From: Felis catus
Lineage: Eukaryota
DNA: 64,000 nucleotides
NCBI RefSeq assembly: GCF_018350175.1
Contig: NC_058379.1
Location: 2,976,001 to 3,040,000, forward strand
Reading direction: 5' to 3'
Every line of letters starts with the position of its first letter. Within the stretch, counting starts at the first letter, position 1. This document shows positions 52,760 to 64,000 of this stretch, piece after piece. Below the pieces are notes generated by a model, which was given only the letters and a program-made list of their open reading frames with translations, was not told the origin of the DNA and ran no database searches. Position numbers and translations under genes: made by a program.

Positions 52760-55579
52760 TAAAAATCCGTCTTTTAAATGTTGGTTTTACCCTACCTCAA
52801 ACGTTCTAATGTGCGTATTTTAGAACAGCTGCTATAAACGGTCACGTCTTCCTGCTCCGACGTCACCGGGGGCCAGGCTGCGGCTCTGGGGCCCGCACCC
52901 CGCCCGGGCTCCACGAGGGGAGGGTCCCCGCACTTAGTGCATGCCCCAGGCGGGGTGGGGGAGGGAGGCAGGGCTCCGGCACCCAGGCTTCAGGCTCAGC
53001 TCCCGGCTTTCTGCCCCCCACCCCACCCCACCCCGCCCGCTCACCTGACCCCCCCACCCATTTCTTTCTAATCGGATCATGAAAGCAGCTATCGGCTCCT
53101 TCAAGAGCTTGCTTCTGACACTTGCCTGGGCCTTGCATTTTGGACATGAAAACCTTCCTCTCTCAAACACTCCTGCTGTGCGATTCGAACAGCTTCCTTT
53201 TCCAAGACTTGTTTTCTCTGTCAGGAAATTCAAAAGCCCCCTCAGAAACCGAAGGCCAAGGATGTGACTGTTTCTTCTCGAATCTGGCATGGATGTGAGC
53301 CCATCTCCGTCCCCAAACGTAATAAGCTCAGAACGGTCTTATCTGCACGAAGAATTACGCACGTGTGTGTGCATGCACAGATATACACACGTATCCATTA
53401 ATACGCTGGTATGTTATTCTTCCGTCAAAAAAAAATAGAAAAAAATTTGTGTGAAGGCAGAATGTCAGCTTATGAGGCTCTTCAAAGAATACTTGTTCCC
53501 AAACTACTTAAGAAACACTCTAGAAACAATCAAGTCTTATTGTATTTAAGTCCTATGGATCAGAATTCCATTTCCATATCACCAAAAAAAAAAAAAAAAC
53601 ACTTCTTGTAACTAGGTACCTCGTTCAAAATATACGGGCTGATATGAAAGCTGAGGGGAGGAAACCCCCTTGTAGGTTCTGTACCCGGGGGCCTGCAAAC
53701 CAAGTCCCATGAACTGGAGAAAAAAGTTTATTCCTTGTGCATATGGGGAAGGGAGGCTCACAGAAATGAACCGAATCCCCCCAAAGTGGTGGCCAGACCC
53801 GCAGACTTGGACGAAACCCACTTTAACAAGGGGCAATACATTTGTGGAGAAGGGTTTTGAGCTCGTAGGGCAGCAAAGTGTGGGAAGGAAGGTGAATACA
53901 GAGGGCAACTCACGGGAGATAAGGGTGGTTTAGTTAAGTTCCTTCAAGTGCGCCAACTTGGTGCTGCCTTTGACCTGGGCTGAACCCTTGTCTGACCGCC
54001 ATGCAAATGAGATTCCTCGGTGTCCAGCTGATGATGGCTGCATGGGATATGGAGACGGTGCCGCGTCCCATCAGAGAGTGACAGGGAGAGACAGGCAGGG
54101 GGAGGAGGAGAGAGAGCCAGAACGAGGTCCCGGGGCTGTCGTGAGCACAGACTTACTGCGGAGAAGAGACTACTGAATGGGAAGTAAACCCCGCTGAGCA
54201 AAGAGACATTTCATCGGAAAGGACGCCTGAGAGTTCTCACGATAGGGAGGACTCTGCCCGTGAGAGCAGCGGGTGTCTCATGGGTTTGGGCACGTGGGCT
54301 TCTCTCTTATGGGAGGAGGCCCCCAAGGCTGGGAAGGATGGGGCTCGGAAGTGGCTCCGGGGAGACCCAGGGAGGGAAAGAGCCTGAACGTAGGTTGACG
54401 AGCGGGCGTGTCGTTCGACTGGTCGGCAGGGAAAAGCCACTGGGCTGACCCCTGGTGAGACCAGCTGGGCCTTGGCAGGATCTGTGTCTGGCAGGTGGGG
54501 CTTCCGTGAGTCCAGACGAGTCGTGTGGGGACAGGGTCCTGTGCGGTAAGTGTTTTCCAGAAGGTGCAAGTCCGGTGGCACCTCCCAACCTGCGCTGTGT
54601 TCCAGGAGCTCGGGGGACGGTCAGCGTTGCCGGCACGTGGGCATTCACGTTCACCCTCAGTGAGTGACACAAACGGGGTCACAAGACTGTTGACGTCACA
54701 AACGCAGGTCCTTTGCAGTCACAGGTGTTTCTGTGCCCGCCAAGCCTCTAAACGCGTCTAGAGATCCGGGAACACGGGCCAGAGGCGCAAAGAGGGGAGG
54801 AAGCCTTCGAGGACGGAAGTCAGCAGCTCTTGAGACCCGTTTTTCTGGGCGTTTCTGAAATGCGAGAACCGGGCACGGAAAACCCACGTCAGAAAGCTCA
54901 CTGCGTAGAACGCCCGGGCCCCTTGGCCTCCGGCTTCTTGCAGACGTCTGCTTGCTGGCCTTTCTGATCTGGGAAAATGCTGAGCGTCTTTCTACATTAG
55001 AAGCTAAAGAAGAAAATCCGTTTTAAGCGGAGCACGAGCCTTCTGAGGGCGGAGGCTTTGGGACGTGCGCAGTGAGCTCAGGGCCTCTGCTGAGAAAGGC
55101 TTCACTGCGCTAATTCTCCTTCCCAGGAACAAAGCCTTTGCGATTTAGCTGAATTGTGTACATTTTTGGAGAGACGTTTCTCCCAGCCTGGATTTTTAAG
55201 GCCTATTTACGAGTCTGATAGAAGTGGATTGTAAGATAATCTCTTCCGAATAGATCGTGGCCACAAAGATGAAGTCGTTCCTTTTATCTAACGCCCCCCT
55301 CCCCCCGCCCCCCGCCCCCCGCCCCCCTGCACCTTATTTGTAATCGTTTCTACCAGAAGTCGCCTTGGAGTCTGCGATTCTCCGAGAAACTGCTCGGCCG
55401 CCGTTTCCATTCTGATTGGGGCCTCACTGGCCTGCAGGGTGTGTCCTCTCTGACTCTGACCCCAAGTCCTGCCTGTGGCTTGACCCCACGACATCCCCAC
55501 ATCCGCGCCGGGGCCCCAGCACGGGGCCTGGCTCGCCGTTCCCGTAAATACTTCTCTACACGGCCAACAGGAAAACGGA

Positions 55580-55773
55580 GGGGCGCCGGGGTGGCACGTC
55601 GGTTGAGTGTCCAACTCCTGATTTTGGCTCAAGTCACCATCTCAACGACGTGAGTTGGAGCCCCGCGTTGGGCTCTGTGCTCACAGTGCAGAACCTGCTT
55701 GGGATTCGCGCTCTCCCCGCTCTCTCTCTGCCCCTCCCCTGCTCATACTCTCTCTCTCTCAAAATAAATAAAA
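55580..55773 (+). mobile_element. Older Can-SINE
   Basis: ggggcgccggggtggc...cctgcttgggattc...(ct)n aaaataaataaaa. Confidence 0.88.
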
Positions 55774-56512
55774 GAAACAGGATGAAATCACCCCCAGCGG
55801 GAAACGGGGAGGCTTCCCCGCTTCCTGCGAGGGATTCAGTTCTCCATCTAAGATCTGGAACCCTCTGATGACCAGACATGCAAAGGTCGGCTTTCCCTAA
55901 CCTCACACCGTGGGTTCTACAACCTGCCCGGACCAGGACTGAACGCACAGGGCGCTGCACTCCGGGGCTGTTCGTGCTGGTAACGTGACCACACAAGACT
56001 TTTCCTCTAAATGCTGCTTGTAGAGCCTAAACCCTAGGCAAGAAGGTCGTTCGCTGTATCTTCTTTTTGACGTAAATTCTTCCTTTGGGCCAAACTGTGA
56101 CTCATGGATCCCTTCGGAAAGGATTTCAATTTCCCAAGACCTTCCAACGTGAACGGTGACCTGCCTACGCATCCAGGGCGATCACGAGAACATTTACAGT
56201 GGCTGGAATTACATATTCCCATTTAACCGTTTTGTTGTGTCTTCCAGGGTGGTGTTTCACCCAAGACGGGTGAACCTCTTAGGAGATTCGGGTGAAAACC
56301 CGTGTTCTTTGACTCAGAGCCTTTAATTTAGGAGCTGCGGGGTGTGAGGCACTAATCGATACTCTGCACTAGCTGAGAGCTTGTATGCAAATGAGATCTT
56401 GGGGAGAAAAGGTGAGCTGTGTCTGGGTGGGTACATTAAAACCTCGTGGGAAAGAAACACTTCTCTTGGCATTAAAAAGTACCCAGCGAGTAGTACAAAG
56501 TGGGATGCCCGA

Positions 56513-56697
56513 GGGGCGCCTGGGTGGCTCAGTCGGTCAAGCGTCTGACTTCTGCTCCTGTCAGGATCTCACGGTTCAGCACTGTCAGTGTGGAGCCTGC
56601 TTGGGATTCTCTGTCTCCCTCTCCCTGTGTCCCTCCCCAATTTGTGCTCTCTCTCTCTCCCTCTCTCAAATAAGCAAACTTAAAAAAAAAAAAAAAA
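56513..56697 (+). mobile_element. Older Can-SINE with internal deletion
   Basis: ggggcgcctgggtggctcagtcgg...ggagcctgcttgggattctc...poly-A; flanked by aaagtgg on both sides. Confidence 0.9.
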
Positions 56698-57529
56698 GTG
56701 GCCTCTCCCATGAGGGCGGCTTGCCTGGGGGGGAGGTCTTTCCAGATGAGCCCCCTGACCCTCCCAGGACTTTGGGTCAGGAAGGAGAGGTGAGGGTGGG
56801 GCGTGGGGAGAGGCAAGGAAAGAGGAACTCGGGGGTGGGAGCAAGACACGGACTGCGTCCTTCATCGGGGAAACGCGTAAGAGTTGCCCTCCCCACGTGG
56901 CGGAAAGCTCTGGATCAACGCCAGGCAAGTCCCGCTACCAAGAGCCGCCCCCAGAGAGCCCACGTGGTCTGCGTCTGTAAGCCTTGAACGCCTGTGAGGA
57001 AGCTTTCAGATCAGAAGGGCCCCGAGGCAGTGAGCTCTTCCAGAACAGGGTGGAAGGGCAAGGGGGGTGTTCAACGGGAAGCCAGCAGCGCCAGCTGTCG
57101 TGGGACCAGAGGCCGCGAGGAGGCAGCGCCCCTTGGCTCCCTCACACGATGCCTCCTTAAAATGCAGTTTCCCCCCGTATGTGAAGGCTGTCGTGTCTCA
57201 GCTCTATCTGGAGATTCAGTCCTGGCGTCACTCAAGCCTGTGCGTCAGCAGATTTGAAAACGATACACAAAACGTTTAAGCGTAAAGTTAACTGAGTATG
57301 AAACTAGAATCATCTGCCGTGTTTGTGGAAAAGCACCGTTTTTCGTCTGCGCTTCGGCATTAAAACAGCGATGGTGTTTGAAACCCCTCTTGATGAGGTT
57401 CTGGAGCGTTGGCACCTCTTGGGTGGGGGCTGGAGGCGGCGGGGGTGGGGGCGGGCGGCGCTTTCTCGCAGAGCGCCACACACAACGTGAACACACGGCA
57501 GCCGTCTCCCTGGGCTGATGGTGGCGCAC

Positions 57530-57535
57530 TTTATT
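57530..57535 (-). terminator. Candidate AATAAA polyadenylation signal of GLT1D1
   Basis: tttatt on +; on - it is followed by CA sites and a GU-rich element (gtgtgttcacgttgtgtgtgg); 1.6 kb after the stop codon. Confidence 0.65.
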
Positions 57536-58456
57536 CGTTCAGAAACACGCCCATCCCCAAAGTGCGTCCGGCTTGGGAGCATGTTTATCTAGGGACGCAA
57601 ACCTATGGCGTTCAGGTACGGCGTGATCAAGCATCTACTGCAGCATTCCAACAGGGAATGGGTTCAAGCTTCCGAACAACTAGAGTTTTGTAACCAGCAG
57701 CACCGCTGGGTGGCCCCTGAGCCATCACGCGGCTCTCTCTAAGGGGCACTGCCAGTTCCAGATTCAGGGGGAGCCGCCTCGGGCTCGGCTTCTCCCTCGA
57801 GTCCCCTCCTTGCTGTGCCCCCAAGGAACCTCGGCCCCGGCAGGGTCACGAGTGCAAACCCCAGCTGTGAGGAGCAGCTGCCTTCCTGGCTCGGCTCTGA
57901 GCAAGGTGGACAGGGAGCGTCCAGACCCTGAACGTGTCCTTGCGTCCTGGATGGAGGCCCAGTCGAGGTGACTGCTTGCCCCCAGGTCTGCCGGCGTCTA
58001 GAGCGACCAACGAAGCACCACGTGCCGTGGGCTCCCGAGGCTGCTCTACCTTCTCAAGTCCCCACTGCTTTCTACCTCTCACCACGCGGGGGAACTCTCC
58101 ACTCCCTTTGCTGCCACGGCACGTCCTCGGGAACGCGGTGACTCAAGACCCACCAGGGGCCGGTGTGGCCTCCAAAGGCGAGTAGGCACCGGTTCTGGGG
58201 ACGCCGTGCTGCTGCGGCAGGGACATCACAGCAGTGACGGCTCCACTTGGCTAAACTCGCCACACTGGGTCTCCAAGGTGGGGTGTGGGGTAACATCACC
58301 AGATGGCCGGTCCTGCCACGGGCTGGAAGCTTGTGACCCGCTGGGCCCCCACCCCTGGGTCCCTGACGCTGACCGCAACGACCCAGGCTCCATCTGGGGG
58401 TTACTGGAGTGTCTTCCAGGCTGTGAGCACCCGTGTACCCCGTCCCCTTGCTCCTG

Positions 58457-58571
58457 CTTTCCCAGGAGGAGCCTGCAGTGTGGACTGCCCGCTTTCCCAG
58501 GAGGAGCCTGCAGTGTGGACTGCCCACTTTCCCAGGAGGAGCCTGCAGTGTGGACTGCCCGCTTTCCCAGG
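58457..58571. repeat. 35-bp minisatellite, 3.3 copies, in the GLT1D1 3'UTR
   Basis: ctttcccaggaggagcctgcagtgtggactgccc(g/a) starts at 58457, 58492 and 58527, with a partial copy at 58562. Confidence 0.97.
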
Positions 58572-59134
58572 GCGCATGCCCTGCCTCTCAGCTATGGAAC
58601 TGCTGAGCGAGCTGTGCTGCCGGGAGACTCACCCACAGCCTTATGTCTGGTGTCCCAAGGAGCAAACCTCCCCGAGCCGGGGGCCCCGTGCACATACCTG
58701 CCAGGGCCCCTCTGTGCGGACGTGCGATTTTGCTTTTGCTTTTTGAACAACGACGGGTCCTAAGTCATCAGAAGACCCACAGGGAAGCGTCTGCACTGGG
58801 TGGTTTGCAAATGAGGCCCTGTGGTACCTGGGGTCCCACGGCAGCTAACGTGGTCTCCCCCATCCCCCACCCCCCACCCCCGTGAGCCCAGGAGCTGCCT
58901 CGTCTCCATCAGGACCGATCTGTAAACACATCCGGGATGTTATCTGGAAGCAGAGACATCCGGATGAGGTTCTGCCTTATAACTGATGTTGTTTATCTAG
59001 GATTCCGATAAAACCGGTGTGACTTGTCCCGGGGTGGACCCGGTGGCCCAGAGCTCTGTCTCTGGGTATCTGCCCGGGGCTGCGCATCTGGCGGCGGCCA
59101 CAGGCGGGCTCGTGAGGGCACCAGGCGAGCGCCC

Positions 59135-59296
59135 TTAGTCCTGGATGCTTCCCTCGAGGGTCCTGATGAGGTTCTGGTAGGTGCATCTCTCCGCCTGCCA
59201 CGAGTGACGCGCTCTCACGTACTCCCTTCCGTTGGCCACGATTTCTCTCTCTAGTGCGGGGTCGCTGACCAGTCTCTTTGCCAGCTGCACAAACTC
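59135..59296 (-). CDS. GLT1D1: GLT1D1 (glycosyltransferase 1 domain-containing 1) terminal coding exon, [53 protein letters not shown]
   Basis: Pyrimidine tract + gcag acceptor on - (59297-59325), 53 codons + TAA; matches the recalled GLT1D1 C-terminus; GLT1D1 converges on TMEM132D in mammals. No upstream exon recognised in 59300-64000. Confidence 0.92.
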   Translation of the reverse strand, partial: EFVQLAKRLVSDPALEREIVANGREYVRARHSWQAERCTYQNLIRTLEGSIQD

Positions 59297-61639
59297 CTGC
59301 CGAGAGACGGGTGGGAGAGAGACAGGTGTAAGCAAACACACACACGTGCTGGGTGACCGTCCGGGGAAAGCTCACGGAGCCACCAACCATGCCTCCCCCC
59401 TCTCCTCCCTGGATTGCCGACAGCTGCTGTTTCCTGCCTCCGCAATGACTCTTAGGTCCACTCTCTGGTCCCTCGCTCATGAGTGTCGGCTGAGAGGTGA
59501 CCTGGGTCCTGCTCCAGGATCTGAGCCCCACACGCTGCCCGATGCTACCCCTGCCCCATCGGTTTCCCACTGTGCCGGGCCTTCTTTCCTCTCTCCCGGG
59601 CACAGAGCCTGTCTTCAGATGCTGTGCCGTGGGGGGAGAGTGCCAGGCTGCAGAGTCAGAGCTGGGCTCAAATCCTTCTGCAGGACCTAAGTGAGCTGTG
59701 TGCTTTTGGCCAAGCCAGTTAACTCTCTGAGTCTCACACTTACCCTCTCTTCGGGGTCAGTGGCACCAGATGGGTCAGCCCAACCCTGCCCCAGCCTCCC
59801 CGGGTGAAGGAGGGAGAGGAGACCGAATGTCCTCGGTTTTCTGGCCTTTTCCTCCGTTAACTAACTGTACTATCTATTGACGTTATCTATTGGCACCCTC
59901 AGACAATCGTCACTAACGCAAGTGCGGTCCTGCTGACGGGTTTCGAATATCAAAGCCCTTCGAAACTGGAAAGAATTAGAATGATTATTTTTCGGTTGTT
60001 CAACAGTATTCAGAGAGAGGAGGGTCACACGCATACGTGTTAATACTGCGTTTCAGCCAAGAGCCAAGTTCGTGAGCCAGGAGGCCTGCGTGTACCCTCA
60101 CACCCCACCTCCAGATGGGGACGCTTCCTAACCTCTCTGTGCCTGTGTTTCCTCATCTGTAACTGAGGGACAATGACAGCATCTGCTTCATGACATGCTT
60201 ATGGGATTGAACGAGTCAGTACAGAGGGCCCCGGGCACAGCCCGGCACACGCTTGGCCATCACTGTCCCCAGGACTCGGGGAAGCCTGTGTAAACGCCAA
60301 GAAGACAGCCAGGACTCGGATTAACATACGGTGCTTTGCTGTTTGAAAGGAATGTCCACATACTCTCAAAATTATTGTTAATTAAACGTTGAATGCTCTT
60401 TATAGCTAGCAATATAAACAGCGATATTTATGATAGAGTGGAATTATATTTTTATGTGTTATGTACATAGTTTTTAGTAAATGGGTGTTCTTTTATAATA
60501 AAAACGTAACATATTTATTCTCACCTTATAGTAGAACAACATTCTTATAAAAATTATTCGAGAGGCTTATGGCTTTGGCATATTATTTTACGACTCTGGT
60601 CATATCTTGGATTTATCTAACGCACGGACTTTATGATTTCTACAGAATGTGTGGCCGTTTGGCAGCAAAATCCTGAATGATGGAGCTTGGACGGATGGAA
60701 TGTGACAAAGTGCACTGTCTCCTCTCAGCACAGAAGACCAGACGGAACGCAGACTTAAATAAATTAGCATGAGAGACTCAGGTGGGGAATCAGAAACACC
60801 GTGGCCATCACATAACAAAACCCTGGGTGAGTGGCCGGAGGTAAAGGGAGAGAAATATCAGGGAAAAGAAAAGGGGAACCTGACTGGTGGGTGGTCAGAC
60901 TCCCTCCCAGGGGCTCTGGGACTATTTTCCTGTGGACTAAACCAGCTTCTGCATGACCGCCAAGGCCACACGCGGAGGGCACACCCATGGACCCTGAAGA
61001 ACGCCGGTGGACAGGTGGCGGGGCACCTGCCGGGGCCGACTGCACACGAGGGCGTGGCCACAACCCCCGTCCCCACGTACACCCTGCTCTGTAGTACGAC
61101 TCAGCCACTCCTCCCGCACACCAGGTGGGGGTGGGTCCCCAGCTCTTGAATCCCTGCTTGACCGGCGGGATGTGTCACGGGTGATGTGTCTGACCTCCAC
61201 GCAAAGCCCCCCGGGCATCTCCTGCTCGCATTCGGGCCCTGAGGTCGCCGCTTGGAGAAACCCGAGCTGGCCTGCCTGAGGACGACAGCACGTGGACAGA
61301 GATGCCCGCCAGGACCGGGGCGGAGGCGTGCCTCGCCAAACACGCCGGGCAGCGAGGCGGTGAGAGTTTCAGCAGAGCTCCTCAGAAACCAGCACGGGTC
61401 CCAAGGCATCGGCGGGCCGGCCAGAGCGCCCTGGATTCTGCAGAGCTGTTGGCCGTAGAACTTGCCAGAACACTGATCAGCTAGCTGACTCTCCCCCCAT
61501 GGGGCAAATACTGGGGGCGGGGACGTTCATCAGGGGCTTCATGCAGAGTAACGGTCTACTCTTGACGGTCATTCAGAATGGTAAGTTAAAAGGTGTGAGA
61601 GGGACATCCGCTGAGACAGTTAAGAGGAAACAGAAATGT

Positions 61640-61825
61640 GGGGGCCTGGGGGGCTCAGTCGGTTAAGCGCCCGGCTCTTGGTTTCAGCTTAGGTCATGAT
61701 CTCGCGGCTCGTGAGGTCAAGCCCCGCATCGGGCTCTGCATTGTCGGCGGATTCTCTCTTTGCTGATTGGGATTTTCTCTCTCCCTCTCTCTCTGCACTA
61801 CCCCTCTCCCCACTCTCTCTCTCAA
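61640..61825 (+). mobile_element. Older Can-SINE running into the assembly gap
   Basis: gggggcctggggggctcagtcggttaagcg...(ct)n caa then Ns. Confidence 0.9.
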
Positions 61826-61968
61826 NNNNNNNNNNNNNNNNNNNNNNNNNNNNNNNNNNNNNNNNNNNNNNNNNNNNNNNNNNNNNNNNNNNNNNNNNNN
61901 NNNNNNNNNNNNNNNNNNNNNNNNNNNNNNNNNNNNNNNNNNNNNNNNNNNNNNNNNNNNNNNNNNNN
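61826..61968. other. Assembly gap (143 N), followed by (CATCCCA)n to ~61997
   Basis: N run; catcccacatcccacatcccacatcccac on its right edge. Confidence 0.99.
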
Positions 61969-64000
61969 CATCCCACATCCCACATCCCACATCCCACCGT
62001 AGAGAGCCCAAACACAGATCCAGATCCAGACAGGGTTCTAGGCCAGCGCTGGAAACTCGAGCGCCCACCCGAGCCACAGAAAATACAGGCCTGGACTGGA
62101 GGTCACATTCTCCATGCTCCTCAAGAGAGGCCCGGATTCCGGATGTTTACATAAAAGCTCTTCGTGATAAATACCAACAAGTAATGCAAGACGTGAAGCA
62201 CGTGGCAAAGTAAGTGAGACGCAGGTGTGGCCCCGAGCCACCCCAGGGCCACAGGTGTGCAAACCAGGGCTCAGGTCACACGTTTCTAAAGTTAAACACA
62301 AAACTCAACGCGAAAGAGCATGGTTTCGTTTTCCCAATGATTCAGCGAGCAGTTTGCCATTTTCTGATCCCCTTCCTCCCCGAGGAGTCTTCCGGGGCTG
62401 GTGGGAAACTCGCCACGGAGTCCGTCTGACCCGCCTTCTCTCCTGGTGGCACCCGCCGAGGTCCAGGGCATGGCGAGCAGGGACAGTTTCACAGAACTGA
62501 CATTTAAAGCCCTGTTGGGACCCTTGTCACAACAACGTCCCCCTAACGCCACAGGGCAGGGGGGAAGCCTCCCTGGAAAGCAACGCCCTTGCAGCCGGAA
62601 TGCCGCATTGGTGCTTAACTAGATGGGTCTCAGGAGTTCTACCCTCCAACCACCTTCTCTGAGCCATTTATCCTTATTCCTCCAAGAGAAGCTAGACCCG
62701 ACCATATAAAAGCCGAGCTTCGGGCTATTAAACAACCCCCTCGCTCAGGCCACTTTGTAGGACGGCACCTGGCTCGTGCCCAACCGGTCACCCCACAGAC
62801 GAGGCCCCCGAAGCCGCCCATGCCCCGGGACGAGGGACAGCGTGCCGGAGGCCTGGGCGCGTGTTCTGACCCCCCGGGCTGCGTGGGACAGGCGGGGAAA
62901 GGGCAGCCCATGTGATCCACGTGGTGCAAAAGCTAATCCCCTCCTCCTTCTCTCCGGCTCCCGAGCAAGTCGAGGAGAGAGCCTCGGGGAGGTGCAAGCC
63001 TGCTCCCACTCTCGTCTCCGCGAGGACGGCTGGAGTCTGGCCCAGAGCCTCCAGCGGGGCTGGGACCGGCCGCAGATCAGCAGCAAACGGCAGCCGGCAC
63101 CTGTCACGTGCTCTCTGCCGGGCAGCGGCTCATGATCAGAATCCGGGATTTGGGGGATTTAACGATGGCGTTTGTGCCCTTTTCCCTTTCCGCGCGCCCT
63201 GCGGTGGCTTCAGACGGCGCCCCGTACGCGACAAACCACAATTTCCGAATCAGAACGTCCAAACGGTCACCCTAAGCAGGATAAACAAAGCCACAAATAA
63301 CTTCGCGTCGGCTCAGATACGACTTCGCTGCCAAGTCGGTTTTGGCACGAAGCTCACGGAAAATTAGATTGTTTTCCAAGCGCTTCTCTGGATTTCGGAA
63401 TTGCAGAAAGGGACGGGGACCCTGCGCTGTTCTCACGGCTCCTCGCACAGACAGAGGCAGGAGCACAGAGAGGTCCAGGAACTGTGCTCAGGGTCACACA
63501 GTAAGAGGCAAAGCGGCCGAAGCCGGAATTACACTCAGACCCTTCAGCCTCCGGTCTCGGGAAGCAAAGAACCAGAATGGGAGAGAAGGCGTTGGGAGGA
63601 GAGGTGGCTGGGGGACGGTTCTGGGGGATGCACGGTGACCGCAGCAGGGTCAGGAGCCTCACAGAGCGAGCCGGAAAGAGCAAAACCCTCAAGAAATGCG
63701 TAAGGAGAGCGGCCATGAAGGTAGCCCGGCCGCACTTCGGGGACACGAGAGACGAGGCTGGCTGCGGTGGGCTGTGGGAGGCAGGCCCGGGGGTCAGGGC
63801 AGAGCCCGGCCGAGGCCGCCTCCGGCCCCTGCAAAGCCTCCTGACCAGCGCTGTCCTGCTGAGTCCGTGCGTGGCCGCCTCGGCCCACAAACCCATAGGG
63901 GAGGGTGACAGCCACTGCCCTCGTCCACACGGATGTCCGCACACAGCCTCACTCGTGGCGGTCACGCTCTCCTTCCCTCGGACCTCAGCCACCAGCCGTG

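Noticed and set aside
14200-57500. Additional gene, processed pseudogene or novel multi-gene system in the intergenic interval
   Set aside because: No ORF with recognisable homology or consistent exon structure; lncRNAs cannot be excluded without expression data.
58457-58571. 35-bp repeats resembling a CRISPR array
   Set aside because: No spacers, and this is mammalian DNA; it is a tandem minisatellite.
62700-62735. Consensus TATAAAAG followed by ATTAAA, antisense within the GLT1D1 intron
   Set aside because: A single short motif with no other promoter or LTR evidence that I can support.

Overview
Mammalian genomic DNA from a felid (cat family), judged by ~20 tRNA-derived Can-SINEs of the SINEC_Fc type. 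It is GC/CpG-rich and has one 143-N assembly gap. Two genes converge tail-to-tail. On + are the last four coding exons of TMEM132D (2334-2539, 4725-5001, 7092-7283, 10212-11393), then a probable ~2.7 kb 3'UTR containing an ~850 bp C/T-only tract. On - is the last coding exon of GLT1D1 (59296-59135), whose 3'UTR carries a 35-bp minisatellite and an AATAAA at 57530-57535. The ~43 kb between them is intergenic: SINEs, MaLR/ERVL LTR remnants, L2, MER20, simple repeats and a few AT-rich enhancer-like patches. Nearly all ORFs in the supplied track are spurious. I find no new protein-coding or multi-gene system. The most striking structure seen directly is a 557-bp SINE-spacer-SINE unit (42758-43314) inside one perfect 15-16 bp target-site duplication. 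It looks like a Pol III read-through transcript retrotransposed in one piece, carrying 102 bp of foreign DNA. Gene names rest on recalled orthologue sequences, and repeat subfamily names and boundaries are by eye.
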